From a virus: 64,000 nucleotides of DNA. The position numbers and the translations under genes are program-made. The first letter of the stretch is position 1. The number at the start of each line of letters is the position of its first letter. This document shows, piece by piece, positions 18,953 through 27,400 of the stretch. The stretch covers positions 104,159-168,158 of the IMG/VR virus record IMGVR_UViG_3300005077_000565; one strand, given 5' to 3'. Under the pieces are notes generated by a model that had not been told where the DNA came from, did no database searches, and worked only from the letters and a program-made list of their open reading frames with translations.

Positions 18953-18967
18953 ATTAATATATTGTTA

Positions 18968-19061
18968 GTGCTCACTTTTAACATATACTCGGTAGCGAAT
19001 CTTTCCATGTTAGCCCAGCAGCCGGGCGCCCTCGCAACTAAGTGCGGTCCTAAGGGTGTTC
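18968..19061 (-). ncRNA. putative structured RNA of unknown class
   Basis: GC-rich intergenic 94 nt with 3-4 stems and pseudoknot complementarity (see findings). Strand assumed from flanking genes. Confidence 0.5.
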
Positions 19062-19062
19062 T

Positions 19063-19701
19063 TTACTTCCAGGCAACTAATTTAAACCGTTCTTCAACGA
19101 TTCCGAAATAGTTACACTTCCAGGCACTCTGCCCAAAAAAATCTAGGTTAATCCACTGATCTTTATGTGCTATAAGGTATTTAGCGCCGTCAATCCAGTC
19201 AATATTACGTAAAATTTTCTCGGCTGTGAATTTATTATCCACTGCCTCCTGGTAATCAAAACAATCGTATTCCCAGTGTAATAATTCAAAGCAATTACCA
19301 CTGCGATCCACGTAGTCCAGACTAAAATCCAGACCCCACTTGGGTTTTAAATTTATTAATTTGTAACATAATGGTACTACCCCGGCCCAACGAGATAATT
19401 CCTCCAGTGCCGGCCCAGTGTAGCCCTTACGCTCAAAAAGTAAACTATGATTCAATACCGGGCCCGACACTGACTCATCTTGTAAGAACCAGGGTTTTTT
19501 AATTGCCAGCTGATGTTCGCGATGATTGCTGTATGCGGTCTGATTTGCATCAGCATATAGTTGTTCGATGGGTGTTAGTTCATAGCCGTTCTGATCAAAT
19601 AAATGAAAGTCCTTGGCAATGGGTGGAAAAGACTTGCCAATGGGAACATCCCAGAACCCATTGGCATCGAATAAATTGTCAGAACTATATATGGAATTCA
19701 T
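19063..19701 (-). CDS. conserved phage hypothetical protein
   Basis: 212 aa aromatic-rich ORF (FDQNGYEL, PKWGLDFSLDY). Confidence 0.75.
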   Translation of the reverse strand: MNSIYSSDNLFDANGFWDVPIGKSFPPIAKDFHLFDQNGYELTPIEQLYADANQTAYSNHREHQLAIKKPWFLQDESVSGPVLNHSLLFERKGYTGPALEELSRWAGVVPLCYKLINLKPKWGLDFSLDYVDRSGNCFELLHWEYDCFDYQEAVDNKFTAEKILRNIDWIDGAKYLIAHKDQWINLDFFGQSAWKCNYFGIVEERFKLVAWK

Positions 19702-19725
19702 TGTGTCTGTGTGTAGTATAGTAAT

Positions 19726-20565
19726 TTAAACGATTCCCAGTGCACGCAACGATGCAGGACCAACAATACCGTCAGGGACTAATCCTTGGCTGCGCTGCCA
19801 GGCCATGACTGCTTTTTCTGTACCAGGACCAAAATTACCATCAGCAGCCAAGCCTAGTGCCTGTTGCACTGCTACTACCGTTGGACCATTGCTTCCACGC
19901 TTGACAGTTTCATGTGAAACCTCTGCTGGTTGCCAATCACCACCTAAAATGTGCAGAGCATGTTCGTAATGCTTCTTACGATCTTCCAGCCCAATGGTCC
20001 CGCCGTTGATTCTTTTGGTCATACCGAGAATATCGCCGGCATCGGCCCACTTATTCAGTTTATTGACATCCCAGAACCAGCATGCGCTCTCGAGTGCACC
20101 TTTTTTAGTGCCCAGATACTTTATAGCATCATCAATGCTGATACTTAAACTTTCGGCAAATTTTGAATAATTATCATGACCAGTGAGCTGTATTACACCA
20201 CGTCCACGATACTTCCATCCATCACCACTGGCAGTGTCGCCGTTGCCCATGCGATTTGCGTATACAATATTGGCAATTCTTTCTGGTTGGCGATGGTATT
20301 GCTGTGCATCACGTCCAGCCTTGACAAAGTATTTGGGGAATACTGCGTTCAGTGAAGTTGCACTGTAATTTAAGTTCTCTTCGAGAACTCTGAAATTTCC
20401 ACTTTCATGAGCACACTGCGCGATAAACCCAGCGACACGTGGAACGGTGTTGATATCATAGTGTGGGAAAATTTCATACATGGCCTCAAACCATTGATCA
20501 GCATCATTATTGCCATGAAGAATTTCTCTAACTTGCTCCACAGTAAAATCAAACTCAAAACTCAT
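19726..20565 (-). CDS. GH19 (chitinase-like) endolysin with C-terminal peptidoglycan-binding domain
   Basis: FIAQCAHES, YRGRGVIQLTG, TKRINGG; PG_binding_1 motif DGNFGPGT...DGIVGP; AGGAGA SD before MSFEF. Confidence 0.9.
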   Translation of the reverse strand: MSFEFDFTVEQVREILHGNNDADQWFEAMYEIFPHYDINTVPRVAGFIAQCAHESGNFRVLEENLNYSATSLNAVFPKYFVKAGRDAQQYHRQPERIANIVYANRMGNGDTASGDGWKYRGRGVIQLTGHDNYSKFAESLSISIDDAIKYLGTKKGALESACWFWDVNKLNKWADAGDILGMTKRINGGTIGLEDRKKHYEHALHILGGDWQPAEVSHETVKRGSNGPTVVAVQQALGLAADGNFGPGTEKAVMAWQRSQGLVPDGIVGPASLRALGIV

Positions 20566-20610
20566 GTTATCTCCTTGCGTACATTTTGTACGTATATATT
20601 TATTTTCCAT

Positions 20611-20638
20611 CAAAGAAAAGCCAGATTAATCTGGCTTT
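20611..20638 (-). terminator. intrinsic terminator
   Basis: AAAGCCAGAT-TA-ATCTGGCTTT followed by T-rich tail on the minus strand. Confidence 0.65.
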
Positions 20639-20654
20639 GTAGAATATTTAACGA

Positions 20655-22229
20655 TTATTTTTCGTTAATTTTACTCTTGATGCTAGTATAAAAGTCATTG
20701 GCCTGTTGCTCTAGTTGCTCAGTGGTCGATTCACTTTTGGCAACTTTGTCGGCAATTTTGTGTGCCTTTTTAATGGTGGACTTTTTCAACGGTGGACGAT
20801 CTCCAGTGGTTTTCATCGCCTGTGACATACCCACAGCGTAGGGGTTTTTTGCACGCTCTTCAATTTGGGATTCTTTGACACCGGGTCGACGACCAGTTAC
20901 TGGGACACCGGATTTTTTCTGAAGATCTCTGATAAGTTCCTCATCATCGGGTGCAATCATATTGGCAACACGACGTGCTCCGGATTTGATTCGATCAACA
21001 ACACCAGGACGGTCACCGGCTCTGCGCATACTGGGATTTAGGTCCAGCGCAGTCTGTGTGTGGCCTCCTTCAGACATGGCATCAGCAGCCGCGGGCACTG
21101 TGGTGTGGTGGTGATGTGGATTCAGTGCCATATATTCAAGATAATGTTTGACCGCACTTAAATCTTCACTGGCACGTGTAATTTTTGCTTGAATCCAGGG
21201 CTCTAGATTATCAGTGTCCTGAATCATACCATGTAAACCAATGGCATACTTGGCAGTTTTATATAATTGGCTCTTGGCCATCCAGCCGTCTTCATCAGTG
21301 TCGTCTAGCACACCTTCGGAAATATTTTTTTTGTTTGACATAGTTGTTTCACCTATTTTGTTTTGTTGTTCTGGGACCCAGTTACGACGATCAGCGTCAT
21401 GATCATAATTGTCAGCGTCTTCCTGATCACTGTCTGCATAATCATTGTAACTTACATCGCTGCTATGAAATGCCCGTTTACCATGGTTATATAAGTTTAC
21501 TATTACAAATAATTTATCTTTTCCAAATTCTGCAATTTCACCAGTGGCACCACTGAAACGGACACCGCGCCCGGTGATTACTACAGGATCTCCGATGTTC
21601 AATGTCTCGGCATTTTCGTGCATCATGTCAACGTCGGGTTCACCAAAAACACTGACATAGTCGGACATGTCAAGAGTATCACCGTCAACTGCTGCCTGGA
21701 TCATACGATCTACCACCACATGTAGATCAACATCAGTCTTGGCGTCTTCGCGTGCATATTCCAGAGCACGCAACAAGAACGGAACATCCATTTTTACAAT
21801 ATCCTGGACATTCTTCTCTACTGCTTCGGCGGACATTTGTGGGCGATTGTAGGATTCTAGATCTTGTTCCACTTGTCGAACCCAGTTACTCACATCGCTG
21901 GTGCCAATTTCATCGACGTCGCCGACCCAGTCAGCAACGTTGTCCACTGCTTGCATAACAACCTCGGGCCCGTATTTGGCTAATAGATCTGTACGTTGCA
22001 TTAGGATACGACGAATAATAGATTGTGCCACTGGACCATCGTCTTCGCCGGCATTGTCTAGATAACCTTCTTTTATTAGGCCCTGTCTGATGTATTCCTG
22101 ACGCTGATGCTCAAGTTCTTGTAGTTTGGCATCCCAGTGACGGGCACGCTCATCCATGTCATAACCAGATTTTTTTAATTGCTTGCTTAGTTTGTCTGCA
22201 AATTTGTTTTTTATTTGTTTGTTTGACAT
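20655..22229 (-). CDS. modular polyprotein, putative head-packaged internal protein
   Basis: Unrelated-looking short modules separated by hydrophobic-X-E sites (IKE, IGE, ISE, MSE, VKE). Confidence 0.6.
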   Translation of the reverse strand: MSNKQIKNKFADKLSKQLKKSGYDMDERARHWDAKLQELEHQRQEYIRQGLIKEGYLDNAGEDDGPVAQSIIRRILMQRTDLLAKYGPEVVMQAVDNVADWVGDVDEIGTSDVSNWVRQVEQDLESYNRPQMSAEAVEKNVQDIVKMDVPFLLRALEYAREDAKTDVDLHVVVDRMIQAAVDGDTLDMSDYVSVFGEPDVDMMHENAETLNIGDPVVITGRGVRFSGATGEIAEFGKDKLFVIVNLYNHGKRAFHSSDVSYNDYADSDQEDADNYDHDADRRNWVPEQQNKIGETTMSNKKNISEGVLDDTDEDGWMAKSQLYKTAKYAIGLHGMIQDTDNLEPWIQAKITRASEDLSAVKHYLEYMALNPHHHHTTVPAAADAMSEGGHTQTALDLNPSMRRAGDRPGVVDRIKSGARRVANMIAPDDEELIRDLQKKSGVPVTGRRPGVKESQIEERAKNPYAVGMSQAMKTTGDRPPLKKSTIKKAHKIADKVAKSESTTEQLEQQANDFYTSIKSKINEK

Positions 22230-22230
22230 T

Positions 22231-22944
22231 TTATCTTCCGGTATTGAATTTGTTTTTTAGAGCATTTATAGCAACTGTTTTATGCTCGGGCGATGCATCA
22301 CTTGACGCGATGTCGCGGATCATTTTATTTAATCTTTGCTCGAATTCCCATTCAGGATCAGTGTCTGCTACGGGCATATCACGCACGGGTTCATCTTTAG
22401 GGCGTATATTGGATAGATCATGTCTCACAGCACCGGCTCCGAATGTATGACCATGTGGGTTAATTGGATTGACAAATTTTAAAGATTCGCCAGTTACCTC
22501 TTCGACACTGACAATCTTAGCCCGGCTGTAGTGGCGTGCAAAACGTTCGCGTGCTGTGCGTTCTGATTGTGCGTGAACACGGAATCGTTTACGTCCGCCT
22601 TCGGCTAGGTCAGCGGTAATGATGAAACTGCGATTCATAGTACGAGCAGCGTGTAGCAGTCCGCTGGGATCACTTTCCTGTACGCCTTGCTCATCTAATG
22701 CATCGCCGACGTTCATAGGTTCATCGCCCACAGACGGTTTATACTCTGCTGGCTCTAGTCCACGGATAGCACGATAGGCAGCATCTAGAATTTCCATCTT
22801 TGTAGGATGATCCAAACCTGCGTACCAGGATTCTCGTTGCAGTTGATCAAACACTTCTCGGCGTTCTGCGTTCTCAAAATCTTCGTCATAGTCCCAGTAA
22901 GTGAACTGCTTTCTCTGGCCTTCGATGTCAAAAGTCAGCACCAT
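22231..22944 (-). CDS. modular polyprotein, possibly the frameshifted 3' half of the upstream gene
   Basis: No SD. The frame stays open upstream as SEGISVVKSDYDLDQM; contains an EQGVQE linker. Confidence 0.55.
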   Translation of the reverse strand: MVLTFDIEGQRKQFTYWDYDEDFENAERREVFDQLQRESWYAGLDHPTKMEILDAAYRAIRGLEPAEYKPSVGDEPMNVGDALDEQGVQESDPSGLLHAARTMNRSFIITADLAEGGRKRFRVHAQSERTARERFARHYSRAKIVSVEEVTGESLKFVNPINPHGHTFGAGAVRHDLSNIRPKDEPVRDMPVADTDPEWEFEQRLNKMIRDIASSDASPEHKTVAINALKNKFNTGR

Positions 22945-22949
22945 CTGAT

Positions 22950-23954
22950 CTAAATCGTAGTCTGATTTAACAACACTGATGCCTTCCGACGATCGTCCTG
23001 GCCCACCATGTGCTTGGGAGTACGATACAACCAGTAGCGTGGCTCACCTTTACCAGCACTCTGTGTGCGTGTCCACAGCGTGTATCCACTCTGATAACTA
23101 GTGACATCATCGCTGCCCCAGCCTTCCGCCACACCTTGCTGACCATATTCGTCTTCAAGACGATCCATCATGTGATCCTGTATTTTTTCAAAGTCGTCAT
23201 CAGGGTGCAATCCATGGGTCCTAGAAATTTCATCATACATGTCTTGAAGTGTGCGTTGCACGCCGTGACCCAGTGAACCGCTGAGGCCAGCATAAATCAT
23301 TTCGTAACCGTCGGCACCGGCGGCCGCAATTTGGGCCAGTGCCGCATCAATTTCTAACCCGACTTCTTCGTTTACATTCTTACTGGCATTAGGTACGCAG
23401 TTGGGGACTGTTTTCCCATTTTTTTTCTTGGTTCCTACTGGATGGTATCCCCGCCAGCAAGGGTTGTCTTCGGGATCCTTCAATCCTTCAGTTGTTGAGG
23501 CGTTGTCTACTGGAACATTTTTATAGACACGCTTCGCAGGATCATAGACAGTTTTCATAGGTCCTTGGCTAGCTAATTTTTTAACCTTGGCTATTTTTTC
23601 GTCCCATTCTGGACCGTATTCTGTTTCTTTCGCTTCTTCAACACTTAGTTGCTTTTTAATATAAGCGATACGTTTTGCAATAGCATCTTGCTTGGACCAA
23701 AAACTATAGTCGTCGCTGTATTGATACTGTGGATCAAACTCGGCCTGCAGTTGTTTTAGCTCTGCTGCAAGTGCTGCACGATCCACTGGAGCCGCTGGTT
23801 GTGGTGCGGCAGGTGCAGCGGCAGGTTTTCGTGTCTGCGGTCCGTGACGTACGGTGCCACCGTGTTGTTTAGCAAAAGCTGCCAACTGATCAGCCAGACT
23901 ACTTTCTGTTAGATCCTGGTACTTTGTTGTTTGTTTGACTATTTTTTTAGACAT
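22950..23954 (-). CDS. modular polyprotein, putative internal protein
   Basis: LTE, VEE, TTE, VNE and QGVAE linkers; PCWRGY...VPNCVP module. Confidence 0.6.
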   Translation of the reverse strand: MSKKIVKQTTKYQDLTESSLADQLAAFAKQHGGTVRHGPQTRKPAAAPAAPQPAAPVDRAALAAELKQLQAEFDPQYQYSDDYSFWSKQDAIAKRIAYIKKQLSVEEAKETEYGPEWDEKIAKVKKLASQGPMKTVYDPAKRVYKNVPVDNASTTEGLKDPEDNPCWRGYHPVGTKKKNGKTVPNCVPNASKNVNEEVGLEIDAALAQIAAAGADGYEMIYAGLSGSLGHGVQRTLQDMYDEISRTHGLHPDDDFEKIQDHMMDRLEDEYGQQGVAEGWGSDDVTSYQSGYTLWTRTQSAGKGEPRYWLYRTPKHMVGQDDRRKASVLLNQTTI

Positions 23955-23972
23955 GCTGATTCTCAGTAATTA

Positions 23973-24197
23973 TTAATAAATCCGTTTTATCATGATTGGA
24001 TATCCGACAACACCCTGCTTTTTGCGATCAAATTTCTTAGCAAATTTACTATTAGGCCCATAACCATGTGGGTCTACTGCGCGGCGTGCATCGCCGGACT
24101 TGGTTCCCGGTGTCATGGGCATCACCACACTGGACATGAGGGCACTACCAGTACCACCGGCCGTGGCATCTTCGGAAATAATATCATGTATTTTCAT
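23973..24197 (-). CDS. small putative internal head protein
   Basis: MKIHDIISE N-terminus; TAAATA 5 nt upstream of the ATG. Confidence 0.6.
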   Translation of the reverse strand: MKIHDIISEDATAGGTGSALMSSVVMPMTPGTKSGDARRAVDPHGYGPNSKFAKKFDRKKQGVVGYPIMIKRIY

Positions 24198-24218
24198 AAT
24201 ATTATTTATCGTATCAGG

Positions 24219-24461
24219 TTAGTAAAGTTTGGTGATGTTGCGTGCCAGTGAACGATCCTGTTTAACGGTACTGCGAACCATTTTTTTCTTTTTGGCTCTG
24301 ACTTCTCTGGAATGATGCGGATCTAGTAGATCTAGATCAGTGTTGTCTGGTAACCCTGAATATGAAAGAGCATCGAATTTCGCGACACTGTTCATAGGGC
24401 CAATGGTGACATCCAACTCATCGATGTTTATTTTTTTGCAAGGCATGGCCCGATTCCCCAA
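24219..24461 (-). CDS. hypothetical protein
   Basis: 80 aa ORF filling the gap; start uncertain. Confidence 0.45.
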   Translation of the reverse strand: MGNRAMPCKKINIDELDVTIGPMNSVAKFDALSYSGLPDNTDLDLLDPHHSREVRAKKKKMVRSTVKQDRSLARNITKLY

Positions 24462-24464
24462 GTA

Positions 24465-25151
24465 TTAACGTTTACACGACTTTTTTCTAACTTCAGTGAT
24501 ATAGTTGATTAATTCAGTTTTTGCAAATTCAAAATCTTCACGACGCATCAGTGGCAGACTAAACCAATGTTTGAACCAAGCGTCGGTGCCAGGTACTAGA
24601 TTTTTCTTTCTAGCCTGCTGAGCTAGCTCGGTACCAGTGACACTGATGTTTTCTGACATGTCCTGACAACCGAAGTCTTCGGCGACACGAGCACCAGCAC
24701 GCCACTGGTAACAACTCCAATAGCGTGGTGTGGTACGATCGCGTGCATCATCACAGTTATGTCTAGCACGGAAATTTCGGCGACGATCTGGATCATCTCT
24801 TTTGATCTCCATGTTGGGGTCACCGAAACGTACAATAACAACATTCCCTGCATCGTTCTTAACATAGACTGCAAATTTTCTCGGACCCCCGGGAGTTCTG
24901 AATGGTTTGTTTAAAGTCACCTTTCTACCCTTGTATTCGGCTTCGGGTAGTAACTCTGTGGAAGGTATCAGATCATCATCTTCGAACGAATGTACTCGTC
25001 TTTCTACTCGATTAACCCAGTCCTTGCTGGGTTTCTGATCACGATCACCGCGATAGTACTGCAATACTTTATCGGGATTGGATTTACTGACCAGTGCCCA
25101 ACGTCCGTCAACACGGCGTAAATCTTCGTTGATAATGTCTGATAATTTCAT
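24465..25151 (-). CDS. modular putative internal protein
   Basis: MKLSDIINE N-terminus; EAEYKGRKVTLNKP...FRARHNC module. Confidence 0.65.
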   Translation of the reverse strand: MKLSDIINEDLRRVDGRWALVSKSNPDKVLQYYRGDRDQKPSKDWVNRVERRVHSFEDDDLIPSTELLPEAEYKGRKVTLNKPFRTPGGPRKFAVYVKNDAGNVVIVRFGDPNMEIKRDDPDRRRNFRARHNCDDARDRTTPRYWSCYQWRAGARVAEDFGCQDMSENISVTGTELAQQARKKNLVPGTDAWFKHWFSLPLMRREDFEFAKTELINYITEVRKKSCKR

Positions 25152-25163
25152 ATTTCACCTATA

Positions 25164-25598
25164 TTAGAGTTTGACACGACCCTCATTTAATAGTCGTTGT
25201 CGGTTAACCTGATGCTCGTCTTGTACGTCCTGTTTATTCTGACCCCAGTAAGCCACAGCATAACCATCTTCGCACATCTTCTTATTAATATTTACACCAT
25301 CTGCAAACACATGTCCTAGAATTCGACCAAACTTCTCCTGTTCATTGTCAATTTCTGTCTTAACAATAACTATTGTGGCATGTGATAGATGTTCTTTCAA
25401 ATATTCCTTGCTGGCAAGACCGAATACTTTTTCAGTGTCATCAGCAGTTCTTGATTCTGGAGTATCAATACCGGCCATGCGTACTCGACCTTCTAGTAAA
25501 ACATTGAATCCCAGATCAATTATACAATCAAATGTATCCCCATCAACCACTCGTGTAATTGTTTTCACGCGGTATGCGTATAGTGTAGGCTCGCTCAT
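25164..25598 (-). CDS. thermonuclease (SNase family)
   Basis: RVVDGDT, RMAGIDTPE, KFGRILG. Confidence 0.9.
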   Translation of the reverse strand: MSEPTLYAYRVKTITRVVDGDTFDCIIDLGFNVLLEGRVRMAGIDTPESRTADDTEKVFGLASKEYLKEHLSHATIVIVKTEIDNEQEKFGRILGHVFADGVNINKKMCEDGYAVAYWGQNKQDVQDEHQVNRQRLLNEGRVKL

Positions 25599-25656
25599 AT
25601 GTTCCTCTGTATAAGATTAATCCAGGGTTCTCACTCCTAGCTGGATTACAGGCGAT

Positions 25657-25698
25657 AAAAAACCCCTGCAGGATATTTATCCGTACAGGGGTGTTTTT
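25657..25698. terminator. bidirectional terminator hairpin with TAAATA in its apex
   Basis: AAAAAACCCCTG...GGATATTTATCC...CAGGGGTGTTTTT. Confidence 0.65.
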
Positions 25699-25713
25699 AA
25701 ATAAGAAAGAATC

Positions 25714-26121
25714 TTATTCAGTGTCGCCTTCGAGGTTAGTTGCACCAGTCATGCTGGCATCTGTACCTGCTTCTTCTACTTCAGCGGCACCGTCAGTAGT
25801 TGATGTTGAGAAGTTCCAGGGGTATGTATTGCCGTTGTCAGCAGTCATCTTACGACCTGAAATTTTAACAACCTGAACAACCGTTGTGTCGTCCAGTTTC
25901 ATAGTGATACTCATTTCTCCGGCTGCCAGCGATCCAGCTGCCTTGTCAACTAGTACACAAGTAGCAGTGGTGCCACTGGCGTCCTTACAGACAAATCGCT
26001 TGCTGCCTTTTTGTTTTACGATATAACCAGGAACACTGGCAGTGCCGTTGTGAAATTGTACTTTGATTTCGTTGCCACTGTCGGGTGTACCGAAGTTACG
26101 TTTATTTAATGGGCGTCCCAT
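25714..26121 (-). CDS. putative virion protein
   Basis: MGRPLNKRNFG, GYIVKQKGSKRF; late promoter and AGGAGA SD. Confidence 0.6.
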   Translation of the reverse strand: MGRPLNKRNFGTPDSGNEIKVQFHNGTASVPGYIVKQKGSKRFVCKDASGTTATCVLVDKAAGSLAAGEMSITMKLDDTTVVQVVKISGRKMTADNGNTYPWNFSTSTTDGAAEVEEAGTDASMTGATNLEGDTE

Positions 26122-26192
26122 TGTTTTCTCCTTGACGTTCTAGGTCTACGGGGTGGCGACCCCATAAGTTCGTTATCGAACAGTAGTATTTA
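26122..26192 (-). promoter_or_regulatory. late promoter (TAAATA 26187-26192) and structured 5' leader
   Basis: Three consecutive hairpins between TAAATA and the SD. Confidence 0.55.
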
Positions 26193-26597
26193 TTGCCGCC
26201 GCACCAGTTGTGCTATGAATTTGTATTGTTCCCAGGCTTCACGTAACTGTGGTATATCATCTAGACGATCGTCGGGTATTGTTAATTCCAGCCAGGGTGT
26301 CCAGCTCAGTGGCTGATTTCGGATGTTGCTGTGTCGATATGTGTGTATTTTGTTGTCGAACATTAGGTCGTCAATCACAGCAAAGACGTTGTCGCGATCC
26401 AGTCCAGACCAAGCCGGCGCTGATATCAGCGTCGGACTATTGTATTCAATCCAGCAATGATCTCGATCCCGACTGTTTTCAAAATCGTACCCAATTACAT
26501 CTATTACTATGAGTACATCTTCAATGTCAACAGAACCCTGAACTAGGTCTCTGATACATTGACTAAAAACAGTTCCTACAAGCATTAAATAATCCAA
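26190..26597 (-). CDS. hypothetical protein (paralogue of the next gene)
   Basis: VGTVFSQCIRDLV...EAWEQY. Confidence 0.65.
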   Translation of the reverse strand: MDYLMLVGTVFSQCIRDLVQGSVDIEDVLIVIDVIGYDFENSRDRDHCWIEYNSPTLISAPAWSGLDRDNVFAVIDDLMFDNKIHTYRHSNIRNQPLSWTPWLELTIPDDRLDDIPQLREAWEQYKFIAQLVRRQ

Positions 26598-26633
26598 ATA
26601 TAATATCAGTAGTATAAACTGGTATTTATTTTG

Positions 26634-27050
26634 TTATTGTATCAATGACGCGATAGTCTGATATTGTTCCCAGGCTTCTTTGGCAGCTGGTATGTTATTC
26701 AAATCTTCCGGAGTTATTATTAAATCATACCAGTGGTATTTTAGCCTTGGTGGATTGATACCAAATTTTCTCGGCTGATGCAGCTTACCAGAATCCCAGA
26801 GTTCCTGCGCGATGTTGCGAATTTTTGCCTCATCATCGTCAGTAAAATCGCTCCATTCGTGTTGAACCCAGGGCGATCGGTGTCTGATATTGGTGCCACG
26901 ATATCCATGCCAGATTGCACCCCATTGTTCATCATCACGCGGATCAAAATCTGTCCTTGCAATAATGACCAGTACATCATCAATATCTACCACCCCAGTG
27001 GCAATGTCTCGCAGACATCTACTAAAACTTAATCCTACTCTCATAATCAA
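26634..27050 (-). CDS. conserved phage hypothetical protein
   Basis: VGLSFSRCLRDI...GKLHQPRKFG...EAWEQY. Confidence 0.7.
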   Translation of the reverse strand: MIMRVGLSFSRCLRDIATGVVDIDDVLVIIARTDFDPRDDEQWGAIWHGYRGTNIRHRSPWVQHEWSDFTDDDEAKIRNIAQELWDSGKLHQPRKFGINPPRLKYHWYDLIITPEDLNNIPAAKEAWEQYQTIASLIQ

Positions 27051-27358
27051 ATAATCAAAAGACGCACCAGTGCTACACTATCAATACTAACCAACAGTGC
27101 GTAGTTGGCAATCATCCCTGTAGAACGTCGGGTCCAGGCAGCCCAGGCGAAAATAGCACACTGTGTGATAAACAATGGATACAGAATCAGGAAGGGCGGC
27201 TCGGGCACAGTCAACATCATAGTGACGCTACAGCCGATGCTGAGAAACCAAGCAACAATTTCCAAGACGCAACGTAGTGGATTACTACGCCAATCTTCAC
27301 GAATCCAATCGACGATTCCAGAAATAAATTTACGCATTTGTGTATTATACATTTTCAA
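27047..27358 (-). CDS. small 3-TM membrane protein
   Basis: Hydrophobic; the true start is probably the internal MRKF; TTGACA-N17-TATAAT at 27344-27372. Confidence 0.65.
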   Translation of the reverse strand: MKMYNTQMRKFISGIVDWIREDWRSNPLRCVLEIVAWFLSIGCSVTMMLTVPEPPFLILYPLFITQCAIFAWAAWTRRSTGMIANYALLVSIDSVALVRLLII

Positions 27359-27400
27359 TACTAAGATGTCAATTCTCTTGCTAGAACACTAAATAGTTTT

